Source: an uncultured Candidatus Saccharibacteria bacterium
GTDB lineage: Bacteria; Patescibacteriota; Saccharimonadia; Saccharimonadales; UBA4665
NCBI GenBank assembly: GCA_964600185.1
Contig: CAZRIO010000001.1
Location: 12,522 to 36,521 of the forward strand
Direction of reading: 5' to 3'
DNA: 24,000 nucleotides
Below are positions 1-6,968 of the stretch, piece by piece. Made by a program: the position numbers and the translations under genes. The first letter of the stretch is position 1. Each line of letters starts with the position of its first letter. Under the pieces are notes generated by a model. It was not told the DNA's origin, did not search any database, and saw only the letters and a list, made by a program, of their open reading frames with translations.

Positions 1-535
1 GCACATTACACAAGACGACCTCCGACGCAGCATTAGTTACGTAGCCCAGGAACCTCTGTTGTTCCACCGCAGCATTCGCGAAAACATCGCCTACGGCAAG
101 CAAGATGCCACCGACGAAGAAGTTGCATCTGCCGCCGAAAAAGCCCACGCTACCGAGTTCATCGACCTCTTGCCTGAAAAATACGGCACACTTGTGGGTG
201 AACGCGGCGTCAAGTTGAGCGGCGGCCAGCGACAACGCATTGCTATTGCTCGTGCTCTGCTAAAGGATGCACCGATTTTGGTGCTCGATGAAGCCACCAG
301 CGCACTGGACTCCGAGAGCGAAGTGCTCATCCAGGACGCGTTGTGGAAGCTAATGGAAAACCGCACCGCCATTGTGATTGCACACCGTTTAAGTACCATT
401 CAAAAAATGGACCGCATTTTGGTGCTCGAAAACGGTGAAATCATCGAAGAAGGCTCACACCAAACGCTCATCAAAGAAAAAGGCATGTATGCCAAGTTAT
501 GGGCGCATCAATCCGGCGGATTTATCGAGGATTAA
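1..535 (+). CDS. ABC exporter (fused permease/ATPase type), C-terminal nucleotide-binding domain; 5' end lies outside the window
   Basis: The frame is open from the window edge (codons from nt 2: [33 protein letters not shown]...) to TAA at 533-535. The track ORF start at 59 is an internal TTG. Contains the ABC signature LSGGQRQR, Walker [13 protein letters not shown] and H-loop IAHRLST. It is a paralog of the C-terminus of the complete gene at 681-2441. Confidence 0.9.
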   Translation, partial: HITQDDLRRSISYVAQEPLLFHRSIRENIAYGKQDATDEEVASAAEKAHATEFIDLLPEKYGTLVGERGVKLSGGQRQRIAIARALLKDAPILVLDEATSALDSESEVLIQDALWKLMENRTAIVIAHRLSTIQKMDRILVLENGEIIEEGSHQTLIKEKGMYAKLWAHQSGGFIED

Positions 536-555
536 TTGGCGGACTGTACGTTCTC

Positions 556-621
556 CACGTAATCTCCGTGCTCAAACACTGCGGATAGAATACCGCAAAC
601 TGCGCGCGCTGAGATTACGTG
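556..621 (+). repeat. Intercistronic stem-loop: perfect 11-bp inverted repeat between the two ABC genes
   Basis: CACGTAATCTC (556-566) is the exact reverse complement of GAGATTACGTG (611-621). The 44-nt interior holds a smaller TGCGG/CCGCA hairpin. No U-tract follows the 3' arm. Confidence 0.6.
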
Positions 622-643
622 AAGACGTCCAGCCACTAGTAAC

Positions 644-673
644 TTCATTTTTACCAACATAATCGGATACAAT
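644..673 (+). promoter_or_regulatory. Putative promoter for the second ABC gene; -10 TACAAT sits 7 nt before the ATG (leaderless-type layout)
   Basis: TACAAT at 668-673, spacer aagccct (674-680), ATG at 681. There is only a weak -35-like TTCATT at 644-649 (18-nt spacer) and no Shine-Dalgarno. Confidence 0.35.
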
Positions 674-680
674 AAGCCCT

Positions 681-2441
681 ATGTCGACGGACCTCCAAAC
701 TCTCAAACTTTACTGGCAAGCCGAGAAACAACACCCGTGGACGTTGCTCGGCAGTATGCTCATGGCTCCGGCTTGGATTCTGCAAAACGTTTTGGCGCCA
801 TTTTTTGTAGCCAAAGCACTTGGGCAACTCGCCGGCGGCCATGGCGTGCACGCCGATATTATCTGGTACGCTGCCATTTCGTATGGAGTGGGATGGATTT
901 TGTACTTCTTTGGCGACTATGTGTTCTCTGCTCCTCGCGCCGCCAAAGTCATCGCCGAGATGTACAATCGCTGTTTCCAACACATTTTGTCGCAGGATTA
1001 CGACTTCTTTAGCAATAACTTTAGCGGCGCGCTTGTTACGCAGGTTAATCGCTTTGTAAAAGGGTTCGAGATGCTCGACGGCATCTTTTTCATCGATATT
1101 CTCGGTCCGTACCTCGGCGTGTTGATTTCAATTGGAATCATGATTTGGTTTAGCCCGGTTATTGGGCTCGTTATTGGGGCGATTTGGTTGCTTTCAATGA
1201 TTCTGGTTGGTTATCTCGTCACGCAGCGCATGCCAACCCGTCGTAAAGCGGTTGCCAAAGAAAGCCAACAAACCGGCGAGCTCGCCGACGCAACAACCAA
1301 TGCCGTCGCCATCAAAACCTTTGCGAGCGAAGCAGTAGAAGCAGCTCGTTTCAACGAAACAAATCAGGTGCGCCGCGGACTCGTTTTAAAGAGTTGGAAC
1401 CTAGCAATTCGCAATAGTTTCGCCATCCAAGTCATGTGCGGCGCCATGCAAATGACCGTGCTTATCGGTGGTATTTATGCTGTCACGCATCACACCATGA
1501 ACATCGCGACATTCCTGCTGTTTCAGGTGTTCATTTTGCGCATCATCGACAGTATTAACAAAGCGAGTCTGCTCGTGCGCCAGGTGGAAGGTTCGCTCGG
1601 TGATGCCCACGAAATGACCATGATGTTTGAACGACAATCCGAAACGCAAGATCCCACCCAGCCACAGTCGCTTCGCATTAAAAAAGGCGCCGTCAAATTT
1701 AACGATATTACTTTTGCCTATGAAAAGGACGAAGAATCACCGAAGCAGCTCTTTGAGAACCTATCGCTCGATATCCCTGCCGGGAACCGGATTGGGCTCG
1801 TCGGGCCAAGTGGTGGCGGCAAAACCACCATTACGCGTTTGCTGCTTCGTTTCCATGATGTCCAAAGCGGGAGCATAACGATTGACGATCAAGATATTCG
1901 CGATGTTCGCCAGGGTGAAATTCGCGAAAACATTGCTTATGTGCCACAAGAACCGCTGCTCTTTCACCGCAGCATTCGCGAAAACATCGCATACGGAAAG
2001 CCGGGCGCGACCGAAGAAGAAATTATTACCGCCGCCAAACGTGCGCATGCTCACGAGTTCATTAAAGGCCTCACGCATGGCTATGACACCCTCGTGGGTG
2101 AACGCGGCGTAAAACTGAGCGGCGGCCAGCGACAACGCATTGCTATTGCTCGTGCTATTCTCAAAGACGCGCCGATTCTTGTGCTCGACGAAGCGACAAG
2201 CGCGCTCGACTCCGAGAGCGAAGCGCTCATCCAAGATGCACTCTGGAAATTGATGGAAAACCGCACCGCCATCGTAATCGCCCACCGTTTAAGCACCGTG
2301 CAAAAAATGGATCAGATCGTTGTACTTGAAAACGGTACGGTGATCGAACGCGGTCCACACGATCAACTGCTTAAACAAAAAGGCGCCTATGCCAAATTAT
2401 GGACTCGGCAATCGGGCGGCTTTTTGGAAGACGACGAATAA
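681..2441 (+). CDS. ABC exporter, fused transmembrane domain + ATPase (MsbA/multidrug-exporter type half transporter)
   Basis: 586-aa ORF. The N-terminal ~300 aa is hydrophobic with multiple predicted helices. The C-terminal NBD has Walker A GPSGGGKTT, signature LSGGQRQR, Walker [13 protein letters not shown] and H-loop IAHRLST. Tandem with the upstream paralog, as is typical of heterodimeric exporters. Confidence 0.93.
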   Translation: MSTDLQTLKLYWQAEKQHPWTLLGSMLMAPAWILQNVLAPFFVAKALGQLAGGHGVHADIIWYAAISYGVGWILYFFGDYVFSAPRAAKVIAEMYNRCFQHILSQDYDFFSNNFSGALVTQVNRFVKGFEMLDGIFFIDILGPYLGVLISIGIMIWFSPVIGLVIGAIWLLSMILVGYLVTQRMPTRRKAVAKESQQTGELADATTNAVAIKTFASEAVEAARFNETNQVRRGLVLKSWNLAIRNSFAIQVMCGAMQMTVLIGGIYAVTHHTMNIATFLLFQVFILRIIDSINKASLLVRQVEGSLGDAHEMTMMFERQSETQDPTQPQSLRIKKGAVKFNDITFAYEKDEESPKQLFENLSLDIPAGNRIGLVGPSGGGKTTITRLLLRFHDVQSGSITIDDQDIRDVRQGEIRENIAYVPQEPLLFHRSIRENIAYGKPGATEEEIITAAKRAHAHEFIKGLTHGYDTLVGERGVKLSGGQRQRIAIARAILKDAPILVLDEATSALDSESEALIQDALWKLMENRTAIVIAHRLSTVQKMDQIVVLENGTVIERGPHDQLLKQKGAYAKLWTRQSGGFLEDDE

Positions 2442-2453
2442 GCCGGCCGGCTC

Positions 2454-2963
2454 TCACGCGGCGACGGATTTTGATTTATTAGGCGGGCCGTTTCGCTTAA
2501 CTTGTTGCCATTCGCGCCACACCAAACCGATAATAATCGCATCGAGCACAGTCAAAAATCCCATGCCAAATGTCGGATGGATAATCATTTCGTACAACTG
2601 ATAGACCAAAAAGAGCGTGAGTGCCACGAGCCCAAACGGATACGCCCAGAGCTTGTTCCGCAGCAAACAAACCACCAACACCACTTTTACGAGCCCGTGC
2701 GTTAGCAAAAACCATATAGCAAAGGTGTGATTGCCATCTGCCAAGCTATGGCCGATTTTTACGATGTGTGCACTTATGAAGCCGTGGTGGCTGGGACCGG
2801 CTTCCAGATCGGTAATCCACTGCGAAAAGCTCTGAAAATAATGCACCGGCACAAACAGCAGCGCCGCGGCACCAAGCAACTCAAATACACCATCAACACC
2901 TTTTAAAATGATGCCGATTTCGTACGTTTTATCGAGTAGGGTTTTTGGCTTGAACCACGTCAT
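2454..2963 (-). CDS. Small polytopic membrane protein (resembles the DUF2127 family; family call tentative)
   Basis: 169-aa ORF with about 4 hydrophobic segments. ATG at 2963 is preceded by AGGAG (reverse complement of 2970-2974) at 6-nt spacing. The N-terminal pattern ...YEIGIILKGVDGVFELLGAAALLFVP resembles DUF2127 proteins, judged from memory. Confidence 0.75.
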   Translation of the reverse strand: MTWFKPKTLLDKTYEIGIILKGVDGVFELLGAAALLFVPVHYFQSFSQWITDLEAGPSHHGFISAHIVKIGHSLADGNHTFAIWFLLTHGLVKVVLVVCLLRNKLWAYPFGLVALTLFLVYQLYEMIIHPTFGMGFLTVLDAIIIGLVWREWQQVKRNGPPNKSKSVAA

Positions 2964-3097
2964 GAGGCACTCCTAAGCTCTTGAGATGAACTTTACCATA
3001 GTACTCAGGGCCGCCTTGCCAAGACGCTTGGCGACAGCGACCGTCCCTGATTGGCTTTCGGGGCTGTTTGGAATCCCCTCACCACCCGAAATAGCTA

Positions 3098-3817
3098 TTA
3101 CTCCTTAGCGGCTTCGAATTGTTTTTTGCCACCAGGCTGATCTTCTTCGGCCTGTGTGCCTTCTTCGGCAGTGCTTTCGTGGTCAGCAGGAACCTTTTCT
3201 TGGTCAGCTTCATCGGCGTCACCACCAACGGCATCGTTAGCTGCCTGTAATGCGCTCGGTTCATAGACAGTTGCAACCGCTTGGTTGACGTCAGTTTTTA
3301 TTTCGACACCGTTCGGCACCGTAAGGTCACCAACAACGATTTTGTCGCCAACTTCTACTAAGGTTTCAGCATCATAAAACAGCTCGTCTGGCAATGCCGA
3401 TGCAACTGCTTCAACTTCAACCGTCTCGAGGTTGTGCAATACAATCAGACTTGCGCGTTCCGCAGGAGTCGAGTCATTGTCTTCGGCGTATTTAGGATGA
3501 ACCGGGATTTGTGCTGTCACTTTTTCACCGCGTTTTACGGCGTTGAAAACAATGTGCGTGAGCGAGTTTTTCTTGGGGTCAAGCGTAACGTTTTTGATCA
3601 AAGCAGTGTGCGCTTTGTCGCCAACTTTGATTTCGATTGGGTGGTGTTTACCAGCTTTCTGATAAGCGTGGTACATCGCCTGATATTCAACCTGGACTAC
3701 CAATGAGTCTTTGCCATGGTCATGCACCACAGCGGGCACAAAGCCTTGCTGGCGAACGCGTTTTACGGCCTTGCCGGTTACGTCACGTTTATCAAGATTC
3801 AGCTTAATTGCGTCCAT
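3098..3817 (-). CDS. rplY: 50S ribosomal protein L25, long Ctc/general-stress form
   Basis: 239 aa. The N-terminus MDAIKLNLDKRDVTGKAVKRVRQQGFVPAVVH...HPIEIKVGDK is typical L25/Ctc, with an acidic low-complexity C-terminal tail. Strong SD AAGGAGGA lies about 10 nt upstream of the ATG. Confidence 0.92.
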   Translation of the reverse strand: MDAIKLNLDKRDVTGKAVKRVRQQGFVPAVVHDHGKDSLVVQVEYQAMYHAYQKAGKHHPIEIKVGDKAHTALIKNVTLDPKKNSLTHIVFNAVKRGEKVTAQIPVHPKYAEDNDSTPAERASLIVLHNLETVEVEAVASALPDELFYDAETLVEVGDKIVVGDLTVPNGVEIKTDVNQAVATVYEPSALQAANDAVGGDADEADQEKVPADHESTAEEGTQAEEDQPGGKKQFEAAKE

Positions 3818-3861
3818 ATATCCTCTATCCTCCTTGGTTTGTCGTGGGTCTAGTAACCCTT

Positions 3862-3867
3862 ATTATA
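3862..3867 (-). promoter_or_regulatory. Putative -10 box (TATAAT) for rplY
   Basis: The minus strand reads cgtgTATAATaagggtt..., 44 nt upstream of the rplY ATG and followed by the SD. No convincing -35 was seen. Confidence 0.4.
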
Positions 3868-3946
3868 CACGAGAAGCTGGGAATACGCTGAAGCAGCGCA
3901 TTTGACGACCATGCACCCTTCGTACAATCGCCAGAAATAGTAGTTT

Positions 3947-4076
3947 GCGGAACAGCACCCTGTAGTCTTTCCAGAACATGTGTTTGCGATGTTAGACATA
4001 AAAGAAGAAGCGGGCATGAGATTTCTTTGGACACCGGAGGTTCACGTTCTGGAAAGACTACAGGGTGCTGTTCCGC
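3947..4076. repeat. Perfect 31-bp inverted repeat with a 68-nt spacer in the rplY/DedA divergent intergenic region
   Basis: 3947-3977 (gcggaacagcaccctgtagtctttccagaac) is the exact reverse complement of 4046-4076 (gttctggaaagactacagggtgctgttccgc). Pairing can extend outward to 3941/4085 if tgc (4077-4079) is bulged. No credible ORF, tRNA or known ncRNA motif was recognised inside. Confidence 0.85.
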
Positions 4077-4147
4077 TGCAAATTAAGCCGGAATAATCAA
4101 TAATTACAGTGGACGGCGCACTAAATACCATATAAGATAAACGGGAC

Positions 4148-4792
4148 ATGTTCGACGTTTCGCATATTTTGCAAAGTGGCGGTCTTTTGATGATCGCAGC
4201 CGTTATTTTTGCTGAGTCTGGCCTAATGGTCGGATTTTTCTTGCCGGGCGACACATTACTTTTGAGCGCCGGTGTGTTTGCCGCGCAAGGAAAACTTTCG
4301 CTCGCACTCACCATTTCTGTCATCGCACTTGCGGCCATTTTAGGTGATAACACCGGATATACGATCGGCCGTATACTCGGACCAAAACTGTTTCGTAAAA
4401 AAGATGGTATTATTTTCCGTCAAGAATACGTCCGGCGCGCCGAGCAATTTTACGAGCGTTTCGGCAGTAAAACCATGCTGATCGCCCACTTTGTGCCATT
4501 TGTTCGTTCATTCGCGCCGATGGTGGCCGGTGTCGCAAAAATGCCGCGGCCGTCGTTTGTGCTTTTTGATGCGATTGGCGATATTATTTGGGCCGTGTCG
4601 GTCACGATGCTCGGGTACTGGTTCGGATCGCGCATACCAAACATCGACCATTACATTCTGCCCGTTATTGGCGCCGCAACGTTACTTACGTTCGGACCGA
4701 TGATCTTCCACCTTTTGGCAGACAAAAAGACCCGCCATCGCTTATTTGCAATGATTCGGGGCAAACGAAAACCGAATAATATCGAAGATTAG
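4148..4792 (+). CDS. DedA/VTT-domain family membrane protein
   Basis: 214 aa. Contains the characteristic DedA motifs ...FAESGLMVGFFLPGDTLLLSAG... and ...GDNTGYTIGR..G..LF, ...FYERFGSKTMLIAHFVPFVRSFAPMVAGV... Confidence 0.9.
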   Translation: MFDVSHILQSGGLLMIAAVIFAESGLMVGFFLPGDTLLLSAGVFAAQGKLSLALTISVIALAAILGDNTGYTIGRILGPKLFRKKDGIIFRQEYVRRAEQFYERFGSKTMLIAHFVPFVRSFAPMVAGVAKMPRPSFVLFDAIGDIIWAVSVTMLGYWFGSRIPNIDHYILPVIGAATLLTFGPMIFHLLADKKTRHRLFAMIRGKRKPNNIED

Positions 4793-4836
4793 ACTCCAAA
4801 AGAGCCTATTCTAGATCTGTCTAATCGCTTGGGACG

Positions 4837-5427
4837 TTAAGTTGTCGTGCCGCTTTCGCGGTCGATTTCTTTTTCGACGAGATCTCGCAAGATTTCGGCT
4901 TTAGTTTTGCCGGTCCGAAGCGCAGCCCAACGCAAATAGTTGTGGATTTTGCGATCAATAAAGAAGTTAAAGCGCATGTCTTTGGACGAAATGTCGTTTG
5001 CGTCCAAGAACTTCTGCATAATACCAGTGACTGTCTCGAGATTATACGCTTCGTGCTGTGTCCAGCCATCGGCCACGCCAGTGATGTAGGCATTCTTGTC
5101 GGATGTTTCTTCGCGGAGCAGCAAAACCGGCTTCTTTTGCTGAACGGCAACCGCTACCTGGTAACCGATTGCAAAGCTCGGATATGTTGTTTCGGCAATT
5201 ACCACATCAGCGCGGGCAATCGTTTCAAGGCTATTTTTATAAATATCCGACCAGTTCGTCTTAATTACAGGCTGTACGGGTATGTCGCTGGTTTCGCGAG
5301 CATACGCGTCTTCGAGCCAATCTTCTTCCATGACATGACCGCCCTCTTTGATCGTTGCAACAATAAGCCGCAACGCGTCGATATCTTCGAGAAGGCTTCG
5401 TCGTGAAGTAAGGAAATGTACTTTCAT
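4837..5427 (-). CDS. Fusion protein: N-terminal DNPH1/Rcl-nucleoside 2-deoxyribosyltransferase-fold domain (catalytic positions apparently substituted) plus C-terminal ribbon-helix-helix (CopG/Arc-type) DNA-binding domain
   Basis: 196 aa. Residues ~1-140 align by eye to the DNPH1/NDT core (KVHFLTS...; ...IARADVVIAETTYPSFAIGYQVAVAVQQKKPVLLLRE... versus the family pattern ADVV[VI]AE.T.PS.G.GYE.G.A...K..L.L). The C-terminal MRFNFFIDRKIHNYLRWAALRTGKTKAEILRDLVEKEI has the beta-strand/helix/helix pattern of RHH repressors. Confidence 0.6.
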   Translation of the reverse strand: MKVHFLTSRRSLLEDIDALRLIVATIKEGGHVMEEDWLEDAYARETSDIPVQPVIKTNWSDIYKNSLETIARADVVIAETTYPSFAIGYQVAVAVQQKKPVLLLREETSDKNAYITGVADGWTQHEAYNLETVTGIMQKFLDANDISSKDMRFNFFIDRKIHNYLRWAALRTGKTKAEILRDLVEKEIDRESGTTT

Positions 5428-5462
5428 AATCTACTTGCCAAGTTATGCCCTATACTGTATCT

Positions 5463-5479
5463 TATGGGTTTTGCCCATA
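5463..5479. promoter_or_regulatory. Palindrome TATGGG-N5-CCCATA in the divergent promoter region of the RHH-fusion gene; candidate operator
   Basis: TATGGG (5463-5468) and CCCATA (5474-5479) are reverse complements. On the minus strand they lie between a -35-like TTGAAT (5484-5479) and a -10-like TACAGT (5459-5454), 27 nt upstream of the ATG at 5427. A related half-site GCCCTATA occurs at 5447-5454. Confidence 0.3.
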
Positions 5480-5612
5480 TTCAATTGCATTCGCTAGTCT
5501 CAGGCATCAAATTTGGTAACTGTATTTTACCACAAAGTCACATCTATTCCAGATGTTTTATTAGTTAATACGTTAATTAAGTCACGACGAAGGACCCATT
5601 TTGGAGATATTC

Positions 5613-6257
5613 ATGAACATACGCCGTCCAGATATGGAAAAGATCTTCCGCAACATTTACCTCAGACGCGGGTGGTTTAACGGCTCCGGATCCGGGTCGC
5701 TCCCTGAAAATACCGAAATTTATCGTAAGTTTTTGCAGGATTTTATCCGTAAAAACAATGTTAAAACTATATTGGACCTCGGTTGTGGTGATTGGCAATC
5801 AACGCGGCTCATGAACTGGGATGGTCTTGGGTACACCGGCGTAGACGTGGTCTCGCAAGTAGTCGAAGACGTTAAAAAGCGATACGCCAAAGAAAATATC
5901 GATTTTATTTATGCGGACATTACCGAAGAAGAACTCCCTCCAGCCGATCTCGTAATCATTAAAGACGTGTTACAGCACTGGCCCAATGAAATTATTCAAA
6001 AATTTTTGAGCAAACTTACTCCTTATTCACACGTTCTCGTCACGAATACAGTCGAAATTCACGAAAGCGGCAGTGCCAAACAGAGCACTCCTACTTTACG
6101 AGCCGTAAATCGTGATATTACGCTTGGCGATGGTCGTCCGCTCGATCTTGCAAAAGCTCCTTTTAATGTCCCTTGCCAGGAGCTTTTACGATATCCGTCT
6201 ACTAAACGTTATCAACCGATTCAAGACATCAAAAACGTTTTATTACTCAAAAAGTAA
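5613..6257 (+). CDS. Class I SAM-dependent methyltransferase (substrate unknown)
   Basis: Motif I ILDLGCGDW, then ...YTGVDVV..., ...FIYADI... and DLVIIKDVLQHW. ATG at 5613 is preceded by GGAG (5603-5606). The track start at 5601 is a TTG lying inside the SD, so 5613 is preferred. Confidence 0.85.
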   Translation: MNIRRPDMEKIFRNIYLRRGWFNGSGSGSLPENTEIYRKFLQDFIRKNNVKTILDLGCGDWQSTRLMNWDGLGYTGVDVVSQVVEDVKKRYAKENIDFIYADITEEELPPADLVIIKDVLQHWPNEIIQKFLSKLTPYSHVLVTNTVEIHESGSAKQSTPTLRAVNRDITLGDGRPLDLAKAPFNVPCQELLRYPSTKRYQPIQDIKNVLLLKK

Positions 6258-6329
6258 CATATTGCCCCTGTAACAAACATATGTAGGCCATGGAAACATG
6301 AAGCCTCATTAAATATGTTTCATCACGAC

Positions 6330-6359
6330 TTGTGTAACGTAGGCTTATGTGTGTATACT
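6330..6359 (+). promoter_or_regulatory. Putative promoter of the 6388 gene, bracketed by TGTGTAAC repeats
   Basis: -35-like TTGTGT (6330-6335), 18-nt spacer, -10 TATACT (6354-6359). Downstream are SD GAGG (6378-6381) and ATG at 6388. Confidence 0.35.
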
Positions 6360-6387
6360 ATGTGTAACAAGTTATACGAGGTACGAT

Positions 6388-6963
6388 ATGGCACTCAAGG
6401 CACAGATCTGCGGACTACATATAACAAACGACGACACGCTATTTCAGCTAGCGGGTAAGTTGTCACAAGCCGGGGTTACGGTCACTCATCCTTTGCACGA
6501 TGAGTTTATTTTCACCCACAACACCGGTGCGCCCGGCCTCGTTTCGGCCCTCTGGACCACGTATGAATCAAATCTCGATTATTTTGAAGCAACCAAAACC
6601 AGCAACGTCTTCATTGTCGCAAGCAGTGATGGATTTTTGAACGCACCGATGGCTCGCGGTATTATGCACGCCATGCTACTTGGCAAACCAATTATTTTGC
6701 TCGAAAACCCCCTGTTTGACGCCTCGGTAAACATGACTACACAAAAAATAATCGCACGTCACGCCCGAACCTTTGACGCCGTTAACCTGCTTAAACTTTC
6801 GTCCGTAGAACTGCGCAGCCACTTAGAACAGCTTTCTGAGCCAGTGAATTACGACCTCACTGCAAAAGAAAAGACGATCATTCGCGCCGAACTTCGTGCA
6901 CACTTCCGCCGTTTGCTCACCAAGCCAGCTTCAAACGCACCAAAGCTCACCCACGCCGCGTAA
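6388..6963 (+). CDS. Hypothetical protein with a nucleoside 2-deoxyribosyltransferase-like (Rossmannoid) core lacking the family Glu
   Basis: ATG at 6388 with a GAGG SD is preferred over the track start at 6349. The segment ...SNVFIVASSDGFLNAPMARGIMHAMLLGKPIILLENPLF matches the NDT-fold topology (strand, loop, helix, GKP-strand). The C-terminal ~70 aa are helical and basic. No confident family assignment. Confidence 0.6.
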   Translation: MALKAQICGLHITNDDTLFQLAGKLSQAGVTVTHPLHDEFIFTHNTGAPGLVSALWTTYESNLDYFEATKTSNVFIVASSDGFLNAPMARGIMHAMLLGKPIILLENPLFDASVNMTTQKIIARHARTFDAVNLLKLSSVELRSHLEQLSEPVNYDLTAKEKTIIRAELRAHFRRLLTKPASNAPKLTHAA

Positions 6964-6968
6964 AGGCG

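Noticed and set aside
435-662. 75-aa ORF spanning the end of the first ABC gene and the intergenic hairpin
   Set aside because: It is an out-of-frame overlap with a confidently coding NBD, has a highly basic low-complexity translation, and has no start signals.
3018-3032. GCCAAG-acg-CTTGGC hairpin downstream of rplY, considered as a terminator
   Set aside because: The stem is short and not followed by a U-run on the minus strand. It lies next to the promoter/SD of the next gene, so its function cannot be assigned.
3825-4034. 69-aa minus-strand ORF (and the 4042-4353 minus ORF) covering the inverted-repeat region
   Set aside because: There is no SD or promoter, the composition is low-complexity and Cys/Leu-rich, and it overlaps the rplY promoter. 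It exists mainly because the repeat arms happen to be stop-free. Treated as non-coding.
4787-4826. 8-bp inverted repeat GATTAGAC/GTCTAATC between the convergent DedA and RHH-fusion genes, considered as a bidirectional terminator
   Set aside because: The loop is 24 nt, the stem is AT-rich, and no U/A tracts flank either side, so the energetics are unconvincing for an intrinsic terminator.
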